Below are positions 1-12,500 of a DNA stretch of 64,000 nucleotides, piece by piece (position 1 is the first letter of the stretch; each line of letters opens with the position of its first letter). Below the pieces are notes generated by a model, which searched no databases, was not told the DNA's origin, and saw nothing but the letters and a program-made list of their open reading frames with translations. This DNA is from Malacoraja senta (taxonomy: Eukaryota), in the NCBI GenBank assembly GCA_038087875.1, contig JAXLNO010003758.1:62001-126000 (forward strand), written 5' to 3'. The position numbers and the translations under genes are program-made.

Positions 1-343
1 CGCCCAAGGGCGGACGCCCCCCCAAGACAACTGATAGTGAAGGTGCAATATGGCCATGTTTTGGATAATATGATGAAGAAAATTGTTCGCAACAGAGATC
101 TCCTATCTGAAGGAGACAAGATCAGTATATTTAGAGATTATCCTGTGGAGGTCACCAGGAAGTGAGCGCTGTTTACAGAGACAAGAAGAATACTTAAGAA
201 TATACAAGATCTGAGATTATGGACTGATGTATCCCGCAACACTGAGTTACCTACAAGAGGAAGGAATATTTCTTCACTGACCACAAGGAAGCACTTGATT
301 TCGCCCTGGACATTGAGAATAAGACCGATGATTGAACAATACT
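1..343 (+). pseudogene. L1 ORF1p C-terminal remnant (first piece of an old host L1)
   Basis: Frame 1 reads RPRADAPPRQLIVKVQY...KISIFRDYPVEVTRK*, then YGLMYPA after a frameshift. These are L1 ORF1p RRM/CTD motifs; the stop and frameshift show decay. Confidence 0.8.
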
Positions 344-873
344 TGTGAGATTCAAAATCACAAACGCTTTTAGAGACAAAGTCGGGAAAGAAGCTTTTTA
401 TTCAAATCATATTCTGCAGAATAGGTGCCTCTCCTCTGATGTCCCCTAGAGGCACACCGAGGATCGGGATGTCTTCTATCTTTATACATTTCATGGGTAT
501 CATTGTCACACCCTCATCCCTCCCCATTGTGCTTCTTCCAATCATAACATAAAGCCCACATTCCCACGAGAACGTCCTGGAACGTCCACCCGACGTCAAA
601 GACACCTCCCATATCATGCATCGCATGTGCATTTAAATGGGACATCTTGTAATAGTGGGTGTGTGTACATATTCATGTAAGTTCATTGCCCATGCGCACA
701 GAGTGTTTCTTATGACCCTTACCCTAGTTCTATCCTGGACGGTCTCCTTATCTTCTCTGTTCTCATCCTTGAAAAAGTCACCATCTGTGCTCGTTCTTCA
801 CTCCCCCTATCCTCCCTACTATACAAAGGGTTCTTGTCTAAATCAACTTATACCTATTAACCCCTTCCTCACA
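344..873 (-). repeat. ERV 3' LTR (530 bp)
   Basis: Direct repeat of 6843-7384 (13 substitutions by my count plus one 12-bp duplication). AATAAA on minus at 397-402; degenerate PPT AAAAGTAAAAGTGTGGAT at 874-891. Confidence 0.95.
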
Positions 874-964
874 ATCCACACTTTTACTTTTGCTACTGCA
901 ATCTTTGATTTAGACTATCTGCCCCTTCTCTAATGCTAGCAGCAGAATCTTCGCCTCCTTATCT

Positions 965-1950
965 TCCTCTCGCTGGTCATACTTTGTTTTAAATAGGCAC
1001 AGCAACCCCATCATAACTACCACTGATGTTAGGGCTGATGTAAAGATGTGCTTCCATTTCCCAAACCAGGAGTCTAGCGGTCCAGGAGGTGTCTACTCCG
1101 GAGTTCTCGGGCAATTCGATAGACAGGGAGGTGAGACCTGCTAGGGCTCTCGATACTGACCCATCAGGAGCAGTGTTGTTGGGGATGAAGGTGCAACATT
1201 GTTCCCCAAACATTACACACACCCCTCCCTTCTCAGCCAGTAGCATGTCTAAGGCCATGCGATTTTGCCAGGCCATTAGGCTGGTATCTGTCAGTTGTTC
1301 CGCTAATCCTTCAACCGCATCTCGAGTGTAATTTATAAAGCGTTGTTGATTGTAGTATAGGTAGTTGATCCAGTCCACATTTTTATTAAGTGTGGACCAC
1401 CAGAAGAGTATGGACTCAAAGCCCACAGCTATCTGGTTTCTGGCTTTGAATTCATCGGGTACCCCTCTTGGCACCCCTATCGCATCTATATATATGTGTG
1501 TGTTGAAGTGTCTGTCCTTCGGCCCTTTGTATTGTTGTTGCTAGCCGGGAATAGGTAATGATAACTCTGGCAGGTCGCATCCTTTGGTAGGATGGGATTC
1601 GTGAATAGCTGTAGTATACATGACATAGCCCCAGGTGTCCTATCCCAATTCAAGGGAAATGGTTCTGGAACCAGCTGAGGCTTAGCTCCGGCACAGGCGT
1701 AGCAATTGGTGTGTTGCATACTCCTGGCCGTGTACATCATCCAGGCAAGCCAGGTGTTGGCTCCCTTCCCTCCTGTAGGTATTCCCTCCTCATATAATTG
1801 CCTTAATTCTGTTTCTCCTGCTACTATCATTATCTTCAAATCCTTAGGCTCATTCTCCCTGTTCTATCTGCACATATCCAATACCTACCACTTTCCTGCA
1901 TTTGAACACTCTGTATGCTTACATAGTTGGGTAACCACCCAACACACGAC
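965..1950 (-). pseudogene. env: Retroviral env remnant (truncated SU plus TM)
   Basis: SU carries CYAC (CXXC). TM reads YIDAIGVPRGVPDEFKARNQ, ISD-like QNRMALDMLLAEKGG, CVMFGEQCC (CX6CC), then a frameshifted hydrophobic anchor. Most of SU appears deleted. Confidence 0.92.
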
Positions 1951-2371
1951 CCACCAACACGAAATCTTCATTTTTCCCCGCGGGTTCTTGTTAAATATTA
2001 AAGTCAATGGTTCCTCTCCTTTGCGCACAGTCCACGGGCTGATATTGTTTGGTGGGGCCTCCACAGGTCCCTTAAATCGGCTTGCGTGTGTCCACCCTTT
2101 TTCTTTTGTTCGTACTGCTGTCTCGGTGATTAGTAACACCAGGTAGGGTCCAGTCCACTTAGGTTGCAGCTTTTCTTCCTTCCATGATGTTACAAGATCC
2201 CAGTCCCCCGCTTTCACAGAATGGTTGGAAAGTCGAGATGGGGACTCTGTGCCCATCTCGACTTTCCAGATGGATTCTTAATTCTGTAATAGAACGAGAT
2301 ACTGCCAGTAAATAGTTCCTTAGGAATACATCATCCCCTTGTATTTGTTGGGACCCCTTCTATCTTTCCTA
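1885..2371 (-). pseudogene. pol: Retroviral integrase C-terminal domain (tail 2, adjoining env)
   Basis: GDWDLVTSWKEEKLQPKWTGPYLVLLITETAVRTKEKGWTHASR (GPY/F-type motif). Confidence 0.88.
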
Positions 2372-3315
2372 AATAATAAAGACCTAACTTGTTCAACCTT
2401 TCTCTGTGTCTTAGTTGCTGAAACCCAGTCAACATTCTAATTGATCTCCTCTGTACTCTCTCTATTTTGTTGACATCCTTCCTATAATTATGCCTACCAA
2501 AATTATACACCATACTCCACAATTGACCTCACCAATACCTTGTACAATTTAACATTACAACCCAACTTCTATACACAATGCTCTGATTTATAAAGGCCAA
2601 CACACCAAAATCTTTCTTTACCATCCTATCTTCATGAAATTCCACCTTCAGGGAACTATGTACAGTTATTCCTAGATCCCTCTATTCAACTTCATTCCTC
2701 AATTCACAATAATTTACCATGTACATTCAATTTTGATTTGTCCTGCCAAGATGTATCATCTCACACTTATCAACATTAAACCTATCTGTCATGTTTCAAC
2801 CCATTCTTCCAAATGATCTAAATCTCTCTGTACACTTTTAAAATCTACTTCATTATTCACACCACCACCTATCTACATACTTATTAATCTATTTTACCAC
2901 ACCAACATCCAGATTATTGATTCACATGACAAACAACAGTGGACCCAACAAACATCCCCGAGGTACCCTTCTAGTCACTGACCTCCAACCTGACAAACAT
3001 CCATCCACTATTGCTCTCTGACATCTCCCATACAGCCACTTTTTAATCCATCTTGCTATTCCTTACTAACACTTCTTAACCAACCTTATTTCCTTATTGA
3101 ACCTTGTCAAAGGCCTTACTGAAGTTCATCTAGACAACATCCATCACTTTACCCTCATCAATTTCCCTAATAACCTTTTCAAAAAATTCAAGATTAGTCA
3201 AACATCACAATCACAAATCCATGCTAATTCTTCCTAATCCTACCCTATTTATCCAAATTCTTATATGTTGTCTTAAGTATCCTTTCCATTATTTTGCCCA
3301 CCACTGATGTCAAAC
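2372..3315 (-). mobile_element. Diverged CR1 RT fragment nested in the ERV
   Basis: Aligns by eye with 27755-28720 at roughly 80-85% identity; NYRKDVNKIERVQRR motif. Confidence 0.9.
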
Positions 3316-3439
3316 AACGTTCTTGTTCAAACTCTACTCTTTTCTCACATCTTTGTCCTCCTGTTCACTTACCTCAGGGCTATTATCTATTCGTACCTGC
3401 GGGACAGCCCTCGGGTATTATTGAAATGGTACCAGGTAT

Positions 3440-4020
3440 ATCAACATCGGTCGGTAGTTTAGAAAACTCATACATACACCTTGTCTTCAGGTTTAAAGGG
3501 TCCTTCCTCCTGGTCCACCTCCAACAGCTTTTACTTTTCCTGTTCATAAATAGACTTGTATATCATAATTAACTGTTTCATATACTTTTTAAATTCTATC
3601 TTTAACTGTTCCAAACTCGGTCTCTTGTAGGGACCTCTCCATTGTGCCACCTGCTCGGTTAGTTTGCATGCAACATCTCTTCAGTGCCAATGGCAGGGCA
3701 TCGATCCAATTCAACTTTGTAATTAAACAAATCTTATTTATATTAACCTTCAATGTTCCATTTATTCTTACATACCCAAATGTGTATTTTACTCTAAGGG
3801 TCTCTATCGCCAACTTAGCTACTCCCTAAATGAAAACAATCCGTTGTCAAAGCTGATTTCTGTAGGTCTACCAAACCTCTTAATTACCTTATTCATCATA
3901 AACGACACTACAGGGCTTATACCAAATCTAGTCTGAACTATATCCTGCCTTTAAATCCCTTTCTCTCTTGGGGACCCCAGTCCTGTTAGGGCTTATATCC
4001 AGATTAATTTCACTCCTGAT
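3440..4020 (-). pseudogene. pol: Retroviral integrase core plus C-terminal domain (tail 1, fish epsilon-like)
   Basis: VIKRFGRPTEISFDNG ... INGTLKVNINKICLITKLNWIDALPLAL..MQTNR ... SLEQLKIEFKKYMKQL ... EEGPFKPEDKVYV*VF, with stops and small deletions. Confidence 0.75.
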
Positions 4021-4030
4021 AGGACCTTTT

Positions 4031-5073
4031 GTAGCAATGTTACAAAATTTTGAGATTTAAAAAATAAAGTCTGCAATTTATCCCATCAGATAAAGCATAA
4101 AAAGAAGTTTAATTTGACACTTAATTCACTTTCATATCTTCAGTATTAAAAAAGCTATGGCCATTATCATACTCAGAAATTAGCATCTAGTTCCCTATTG
4201 CTTTTCCATTGACTTAACACAAAAGCTGTGATCGAGGACAGTTAAAAGCCCATAACTTTCTTAAACATTATGGTAACTGAAAGAAATTTTCAGGTATTCT
4301 AGATTGAAGCATTCTGAAACAAATATGAAACAATCTTACTTCGAAGACATGAACGTAAAGCATATAATTAGTTAGTTACCTAATTGTAGCTAATTACAAA
4401 ATTCAATTACTAGATCTAAACATCTATCAATTTCTTAAGAATAGATTAACATTTTTAAATAGCCTAAGTGTCCAAATAACATTCACACAATAATTCACAA
4501 TATAACATAATTTTTAAATCTAATTTTCATGAATTTACAGGCCAAATGGAAGGAATTGAATGTTTAATACCTGTAAATTAATGGGCATTTAATTCATCTT
4601 GCGAGTGAGGATTACTGGAACGCGATCTTTTGGAACGTTGATTTGCGGTGAATTTAACCCCGTATTGGCATGAAAAATACTGCCGTTAATTCGGGGAATA
4701 AAATCACCGTGTCGCATGAAAAAATGTGAATTAAAGGCTTCTTAAGAAGCACTTTTATACATTTAAAGAAAGCACTTTCGTTTACCTGTCCATTGTGTGA
4801 AATCCGTCCCCGTTATCGGCGTTGACGCTTCAGGAGCTACTTTTAAAATGACTGTAGCGCTGACATTGACGATTTAATAAAAATAAAAAATTCACAAAAC
4901 GCCGGTAGGAACGATTTTGTCAGCCAAAGTTTGTACTCCAACAAAATATTTCCAGGACAAGGGAGGAGAAACCGCGTTTTAACCCCGCCCCCCCCTTAAA
5001 GGCGCCAAAATCGCGCACACGGCCAGTGGCAGAATTACAGCGCGACTGAAGGTAAGTTTTGTAACATACCTAC
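4031..5073. mobile_element. Non-autonomous DNA transposon (MITE), 14-bp imperfect TIR, 5-bp TSD
   Basis: GTAGCAATGTTACA ... TGTAACATACCTAC, flanked by CTTTT (4026-4030 and 5074-5078); second copy at 51405-54130. Confidence 0.85.
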
Positions 5074-5119
5074 CTTTTGAGGAAACGTACCCCAAAGACA
5101 TTCATTATTGGCATGTAAT

Positions 5120-5930
5120 TCTCTGGCCCTGCTTGGTTCCGTCATAGGACTCACTTAGGTCCATTGTTTATTGACAACTCCTCCTCCTGCTGGTTTGCAA
5201 GTCTTTTTCCTATCTTTGCGATATTTCTCGACCGCAGAGACCAACTGTTCGCTGAATCTGCTTGACTTTAAGAAGAATGACATCCACCACAGTAGTTCAT
5301 AATATAATGTTCATCAATCAACTCTCCACCTTTTCAGCTGGTTTTCCAGATAGGCTATTTGCCTTTCCTTCTTGTGTATCTCCCCTTTGTTCCTTGGGGT
5401 TCCTCTTAAGTGGGTAACATTGTCTGAGGGTCTGCCATACCCTCTGCCTGACTGTGTCAAACAGTATGCCATTGCTTGTTACATTGTTCGCATCAGTTTA
5501 TACCATCCATCTTCAGTAGTTCTGTCACTTTAGTGGTTCCTATCACTTTTACCAACAGTGCCTTCAAATCTTCCATGATCAATAATCGTCCCACGTTCTC
5601 CTCCTCCAAAGCCCTAATCCATTTCCTCCCCCATCAGGGATATAGGGTGAGGTATTTTTTAGCCCTTTCAGTTTATGGGTGCCCCAAGGGATAATCCGTG
5701 TCTGTCCTTCTCTTTTCTCTTTAAAGCAGTCTCATCACTTTATCCCAATGCTTCCAACTTTAATCCTTTCTGGTATGCCTTCTTTCTAATTCTAAACTCA
5801 ATTTCTTGCTTCTCAAATATTCTAGCCTCCTTGCAAAAATCTTCCACTGACTCCTCCTGCTTTATTACTTTCACGCCTGTTGTTTTTCTACTTCTGTTAT
5901 CTTCTAACTGCCTCTCTCTCCTTTCTTTCT
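5120..5930 (-). pseudogene. gag: ERV gag remnant
   Basis: Minus strand reads KWIRALEEENVGRLLIMEDLKALLVKVIG ... RVWQTLRQCYP ... AYLENQLKRW ... AVEKYRKD, resembling fish ERV1 gag; many disruptions. Confidence 0.65.
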
Positions 5931-6818
5931 AAACTTGAATGTTTACCAATTAACTTATTTCCAATTATTTCAATCCATATTCACCACTATTTTAAATGTC
6001 CAATTCCTAGCACTAGTAACAATTTTCCAAATTATCTTTACTGACTAGAAATCTAAAAGAACATCAGAAAAACCAAAAGCTGGTTTCACAACTTCCCCTT
6101 CTAGGTTAAGGCCAACAAACAATTAATCGTTATCTTACAGCTGTTCGTCGCCTTTCACCATGACCTGATTTATTTAAAGGAACATGCACCTACCTACAGT
6201 GAACATTTTTGATTTTAATAAAACTTACTTACTTACTCTTACAATGTGGTCTACAAATACAATAAACAAAATAATTATCACATATATAAACTTCCTCTTT
6301 CATTCCCAACCGGTTTTTACACACAAATCACATTCGTTCCATTCTTACTTCAAATAAATGCAACATCTTTTACATGTATTAAAACTCAATATAACAGAAT
6401 CAAATCATTTTTGTCTTCTTCAATCCCTGGGTATTTCTCTGCCCCCAGAGGCTCAGCATTCGCCCCAACGGACTATCAGGCAGAATGCGGGGTCGGGCTT
6501 ACTGCCCTTCCCCTCCCTTTTGGGCTCTCCGTTTTCATTGCCCATCCTCCCGATCAGAATTTCCCCCCCGATCTTCCTCCCGATCGGACTTTCCCCCCCG
6601 ATCTATTTGCCCCCGATCTATTTAATCGCCCGAGTAGTACTTAATAGTCAGTTTTCTTACCCGGGTCTTGTGCACAAGAATCACTCGATTTGGCTCCAAC
6701 ACGATTTCAGGGATACCACTCGCCCAAACCGCTGACGACAATCTAGGGGTCTGGGACCGCTGAAATCAACGGGGTGCACCGTCCCTTCTTCCGTATACCG
6801 TCGTCAGCCGGAGTGGGG

Positions 6819-6837
6819 GTCCCGAGACGAGCCCCCA
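6819..6837 (-). promoter_or_regulatory. Primer-binding site, tRNA-Pro type
   Basis: Minus strand TGGGGGCTCGTCTCGGGA just inside the 5' LTR; this is the canonical Pro PBS TGGGGGCTCGTCCGGGAT with a 1-nt insertion. Confidence 0.85.
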
Positions 6838-6842
6838 AAAAT

Positions 6843-7384
6843 TGTGAGATTCAAAATCACAAACGCTTTTAGAGACAAAGTCGGCAAAATAGCTTTTTAT
6901 TCAAATAATATTCTGCAGAATAGGTGCCTCTCCTCTGATGTCCCCTAGAGGCACACCGAGGATCGGGATGTGTTCTATATTTATACATTTCATGGGTATC
7001 ATTGTCACACCCTCATCCCTCCCCATTGTGCTTCTTCCAATCATAACATAAAGCCCACATTCCCACGAGAACGTCCTGGAACATCCACCCGACGTCAATG
7101 ACACCTCCCATATCATGCATCGCATGTGCATTTAACTGAGACATCTTGTCATAGTGGGTGTGTGTACATATTCATGTAAGTTCATTGACCATGCGCACAG
7201 AGTGTTTCTTATGACCCTTACCCTAGTTCTATCCTGGACGGTCTCCTTATCTTCTCTGTTCTCATCCTTGAAAAAGTCACCATCTGTACTCGTTCTTCAC
7301 TCCCCCTATCCTCCCTACTATACTCCCTACTATACAAAGGGTTCTTGTCTAAATCAACTTATACCTATTAACCCCTTCCTCACA
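6843..7384 (-). repeat. ERV 5' LTR (542 bp)
   Basis: Partner of 344-873; contains the TACTCCCTACTA 12-bp duplication. Confidence 0.95.
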
Positions 7385-7385
7385 A

Positions 7386-9525
7386 TACTCAACACCCACC
7401 TGACGTTACCGGACGGACATCGTTACCTCACAGAGAACAAATGGAACTTTAAATTGTTTTACTTAAGGACTAATGAAAGCTGATAATGATAGTCGAGCAA
7501 GTTTTTTTTTATTGCTAGTGATATATAACATTTATATTTTAGTACTAATTACTACTAATTATGATTACTAATTATTACTAATTATTATTAATTGGAGCCA
7601 CTTAGAATTAGTTCAAAATATGAATTATAAGTAAGGTTTGATTCAGGCAATTTATTAATAAAAAAATTTTTTTTTTTTATACTGTTGACCAATTATCAAT
7701 TACCAATTAAAAATATATATATATATCTAAATAAACAATTGCAGGGAGGGGGGGGATTAAGGGAAAAGCAGCTGCTGTAGAACAAAACGATGATGGAGAA
7801 CACTCAGTCCTCTTCCGAGTCCGGGGACAAGGTAAGAGAGTTAACCAGTTCAAAGAAAGGGTTCCATGTATCTAGGAATGTCTTGGTAGAGCCTTTGAGA
7901 GAGAACCTACGTTTTTCAAGTTTCAGATTGTAAATCACCTCCTTAATCCAACGGGCGTGTGTCGGGGGACAGGTAAGCCTCCAACTAAGCAAGATCAGTC
8001 TCCGGGCTAACAAGGTTGTAAAAGCTAGGACCCGTTTCACTGCAACAGAGAGGTTAGTATTGGGAGGAGTACCGAAAATAGCTGACATTGGATTTGGAAG
8101 AATAGTCTGGTCGTAAGCTCTGCTTATCAATTCAAAAGCACTCCTCCAAAAGGCTGCTAGCTTAGGGCAAGACCAAAACATGTGGCTATGGTTGGCAGGA
8201 GATTGACTACATCTGTTACAGGTGTCATTAACAGCTGGGTACATTCTAGCTAATCTTGCATTTGTGTAGTGGACTTTGTAAAGGACTTTGCATTGGATTA
8301 CTCAACACCCACCTGACGTTACCGGACGGACATCGTTACCTCACAGAGAACAAATGGAACTTTAAATTGTTTTACTTAAGGACTAATGAAAGCTGATAAT
8401 GATAGTCGAGCAAGTTTTTTTTATTGCTATTGATATATAACATTTATATTTTAGTACTAATTACTACTAATTATGATTACTAATTATTACTAATTATTAT
8501 TAATTGGAGCCACTTAGAATTAGTTCAAAATATGAATTATAAGTAAGGTTTGATTCAGGCAATTTATTAATATATATATATATTTTTTTATACTGTTGAC
8601 CAATTATCGATTCATATTTTTTTAATATGAGACTAATATTTTATCTTGAGAATAATAACTTTTTCACTAACATTATAAATATTTTGGACCTAAAAATGTC
8701 TTCCCCCTTCCCTACAAATTGTTATTATTGAAACTTTTTTTAAAGAAAAGCATGGAGCTGGTATTATTATTTTTTTTCCAAAGGCTACGGAAGTCCTTAG
8801 ATGGCTAGCCACATTAGTGTGGCTATCACTAACTACACCAACTATAGATGTAGTTTTTTCTCTTCTTTTACACTTTATTAACCATTTATTCTTTCACTTT
8901 TTAAAAAAAAATCTTTTTATTTGAATTTCACTGCAATTTACAAACATACAATAATAACAGACAGTAACAATCAAGGCATAATTGTACAACAGTATGTAAG
9001 CGATCCTCAAAACGATGATGGAGAACACTCAGTCCTCTTCCGAGTCCGGGGACAAGGTAAGAGAGTTAACCAGTTCAAAGAAAGGGTTCCATGTATCTAG
9101 GAATGTCTTGGTAGAGCCTTTGAGAGAGAACCTAAGTTTTTCAAGTTTCGGATTGTAAATCACCTCCTTAATCCAACGGGCGTGTGTCGGGGGACAGGTA
9201 AGCCTCCAACTAAGCAAGATCAGTCTCCGGGCTAACAAGGTTGTAAAAGCTAGGACCCGTTTCACCGCAACAGAGAGGTTAGTATTGGGAGGGGTACCGA
9301 AAATAGCTGACATTGGATTTGGAAGAATAGTCTGGTCGTAAGCTCTGCTTATCAATTCAAAAGCACTCCTCCAAAAGGCTGCTAGCTTAGGGCAAGACCA
9401 AAACATGTGGCTATGGTTGGCAGGAGATTGACTACATCTGTTACAGGTGTCATTAACAGCTGGGTACATCCTAGCTAATCTTGCATTTGTGTAGTGGACT
9501 TTGTAAAGGACTTTGCATTGGATTA
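7386..9525. repeat. Imperfect tandem duplication: A(7386-7697)+B(7783-8300) and A'(8299-8608)+B'(9008-9525)
   Basis: B and B' are 518-bp near-identical L1 ORF2 3' segments; A and A' are near-identical AT-rich host-L1 spacer. The junction has a 2-nt TA microhomology. Confidence 0.9.
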
Positions 9526-12500
9526 GGCCATGACGAGCGCATATGGAAGAAGAGTGGATCAAATCCAAGGCAGAGTCCCATTGCTGGTCTGTTAATTTCG
9601 TATTCAGCTCTCCCTCCCACGCAGCTTTTAATGAGGTATGAGGTTTCAATAAAACCGACCCTAGCAAATTATACAAAATAGAGATGCATTTCTTCCGATT
9701 GGGGTCTAAAGCTAAGATGATATCAGTCAGGGTTTCAGGAGGGCGATTTGGGAAGTAGGGAAATGTCTTCTTCACAAAATCCTTAATCTGGAGAAACCGA
9801 AAAACCGAAAAAGGTGGGAGTTTGGGAGGTTGTAGTTAGACCAGAGCTCCACAAAAGATGAGAAGATGCCATCCTTATATAGGTTTTTAATACTACTGAT
9901 GCCATTGCTATGCCAGGTTTTAAATGCGTGGTCTATACTTGAAGGTTTAAAAATGTGATTTTTAAGCAGTGGGGTCAAGATGGAAGGACCCTGTAAACCG
10001 AGGTTTTTCCTAAATTGACTCCATATCTTGAGCGAAAGGGACACAATTGGGCCTGCACCCACAGATGTTATAGAAAGGGGGAGTTGGGAGCATAGGACAG
10101 ACCGCAACGGGAGACGTGAACTCGCCTTTTCCATATAAAGCCAGATCGGTGGGTGCTCGCAATCATCATTCATTCAATACAGGAGTTTTTGCAAGTTAGC
10201 TGCCCAGTAGTATTGCCTAAAATCAGGGAGGGTCAAACCGCCATCACTCTTAGGCGACTGCAGTATCGCCTTTCGGATTCTGACCGGTTTGCTACCCCAT
10301 AAGAATTTAGATATTGTCCTTTCTAAGTTGTCAAAAAAAGATTTGGTGATAAGTATGGGGACATGCTGGAAAAGATACAGGAATTTGGGTAGGACAACCA
10401 TCTTAACCAGATTTATCCGGCCCACGAGGGATAGCGGTAAGACTGACAAGCGATCAAAATCTTTTTCGGCTTTCTCAACCAGAGGCAAAAAGTTTGTGCG
10501 GAACATATCAGATAAGGGTATTGTGATAAAAACGGCGAGATAGCGAAACCCATCCTCTGCCCTTTTGAATGAGGTTAAAGAGCGAGGGAGCTGCTTAGCC
10601 GGTAAGTTAATCGGTAATAGCTCACTCTTTTGGTAGTTAAGTTTATAACCAGAATATGCACCAAACCGTTCTAAAATATTCATAATCACAGGGAGAGAAC
10701 TGACTGGGTTCGAGCAGGTCATCTGCATACAATGAGACTTTATGAGTTGTGTCAAACCGTGTAATACCTTTAAAGCCCTTCTCTGCGCGTAACCAGACCG
10801 CCAGGGGTTCTATCGCGACATTAAACAAGAGTGGAGATAGTGGTACCTGTCTGGTACCTCTCTGAAGTGTGAAGTGGGGCGACAGTATGTCGTTTGTTTG
10901 TACTGAGGCCACCGGGGACGAATATAATAGGCTCACCCAGAGAATAACACTGTTTCCGAGGCCAAACCTATCCATCGCCTCATATAGGTACCTCCACTCG
11001 ACCCTGTCGAAGGCCTTTTCGGCATCGAGGGAGACCACCATCTCCGGGGTCTCATTACTCGAAGAGTGAATGATGTTAAGGAGACGCCTAGTATTATGGG
11101 AAGACTGTCAGCCAGGTACCAACCCAGTTTGATCCAACGAGATAATAGAGGGCATCACTCGTTGAAGACGAAGCGCAAGGGCTTTAGAAAGGATTTTGAG
11201 GTCCACATTCAGTAGTGAGAATGGTCTATAGCTACTACAAAGCAGGGGATCTTTCTCCTTTTTAAGAATTAGGGAGATGGTAGCCCACGACAAGGTGGGC
11301 GGTAGGCGACGATGTAAAAACGCCTCATTGTACATATCTCTCAGGACTGGTGCGAGGAGGTCAGAGAAAGCTTTGTAATATTCTACAGAGAAGCCGTCAG
11401 GGCCGGGTGACTTTCCGCTTTGCAACGATGTGATGGCTGCTTGGACCTCAGCTACAGTTATGGGACCACCCAAGTTTCTCATGGCTTCTTCGTCAATTCG
11501 GGGAAGCGTCATACTGCCGAACATGTCACCTGCAGTGGGCGGACAGTCGGAAGTGTATAGTTCAGTGTAGAATTTAGCAAATGCTTCATTAATTCTGCGA
11601 GGATCAGTATGAGTCTCCCCTGAGCTGGATCTAATGGCTGGAATTAGCCGTGAAGTCGCCTCTGTTCTGTCCTGATGGGCCAAAAGCTTTTCAGCTTTAT
11701 CCCCAGATTCAAAAAAGTGTTGCCTAGATTTAAGCAGTCGTAGATTGGCTTTATTAATGGATATGAGGTCAAAGTCTGTTTGTAGCCTGAGGCGTTCTCT
11801 ATAGAGATTAGGGTTTGGGTCAGATGCATATTTGTCATCAATGTCCTTTATTTTTTGTAACAGATCTGCCGTTTGGAACGTCTCGGTTCTTTTCAGGTTG
11901 GAGATAAAGGAAATGAGTTGGCCCCTAATATAGGCTTTTGAAGCTTCCCAAAGTATACCTCTTTCTATGTCCGGCGAGTCATTCAGCTCAAAATATAGGG
12001 TGATTTGGGAGTGCAAGAATTGCATGTATTGAGCCTCTGCTAATAATGAGGAGTTGAACCTCCACTTAAAGGGGTTAGTTCGTTTACGAAAATGAAGATC
12101 AAGGGAGGTCGCAGCATGATCTGATATAACGATGCTATGGTACTCACTAGATTTGATTTTGGAAAGCAATCTATTATCTAAGAGAAAGAAGTCTATACGG
12201 GTAAACGTACGATGTACGTGGGAGAAAAATGAAAATAATTTAGTCGTGGGGAATATAAATCTCCATGGATCTGTAAGCCCCAGTTGTTTGGCAAGAACAT
12301 GCACAGTCTTACCGGATTTAGTTAAAGTAGAGGCTTTATTCGAAGATCTATCCAGTATAGGATCTTGGACCAGATTAAAGTCTCCACCCACAATGACATG
12401 GTGATTTTCAATATTTGGGAGAGATGTAAAAAATTTAGTTATAAATGAGCTGTCATCCCAGTTGGGTCCATAAATGCTTGCCAATATGACAGGTGTGTCT

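Larger units (their letters stand above)
344..7384 (-). mobile_element. Defective endogenous retrovirus (class I, gamma/epsilon-like), two LTRs, RT deleted
   Basis: Paired LTRs ending TGTGAG...CTCACA, 5-bp TSD ATACT (339-343 and 7385-7389), PBS, and gag, integrase and env remnants on the minus strand. Confidence 0.95.

Noticed and set aside
402-933. Duplicated 76-109 aa ORFs (also 6901-7483)
   Set aside because: Incidental frames within the two LTRs.
2372-3315. Possible APOBEC hypermutation of the CR1 cargo in the ERV
   Set aside because: Both G>A and C>T, plus transversions, occur relative to the young copy; this is consistent with ordinary ageing rather than strand-specific editing.
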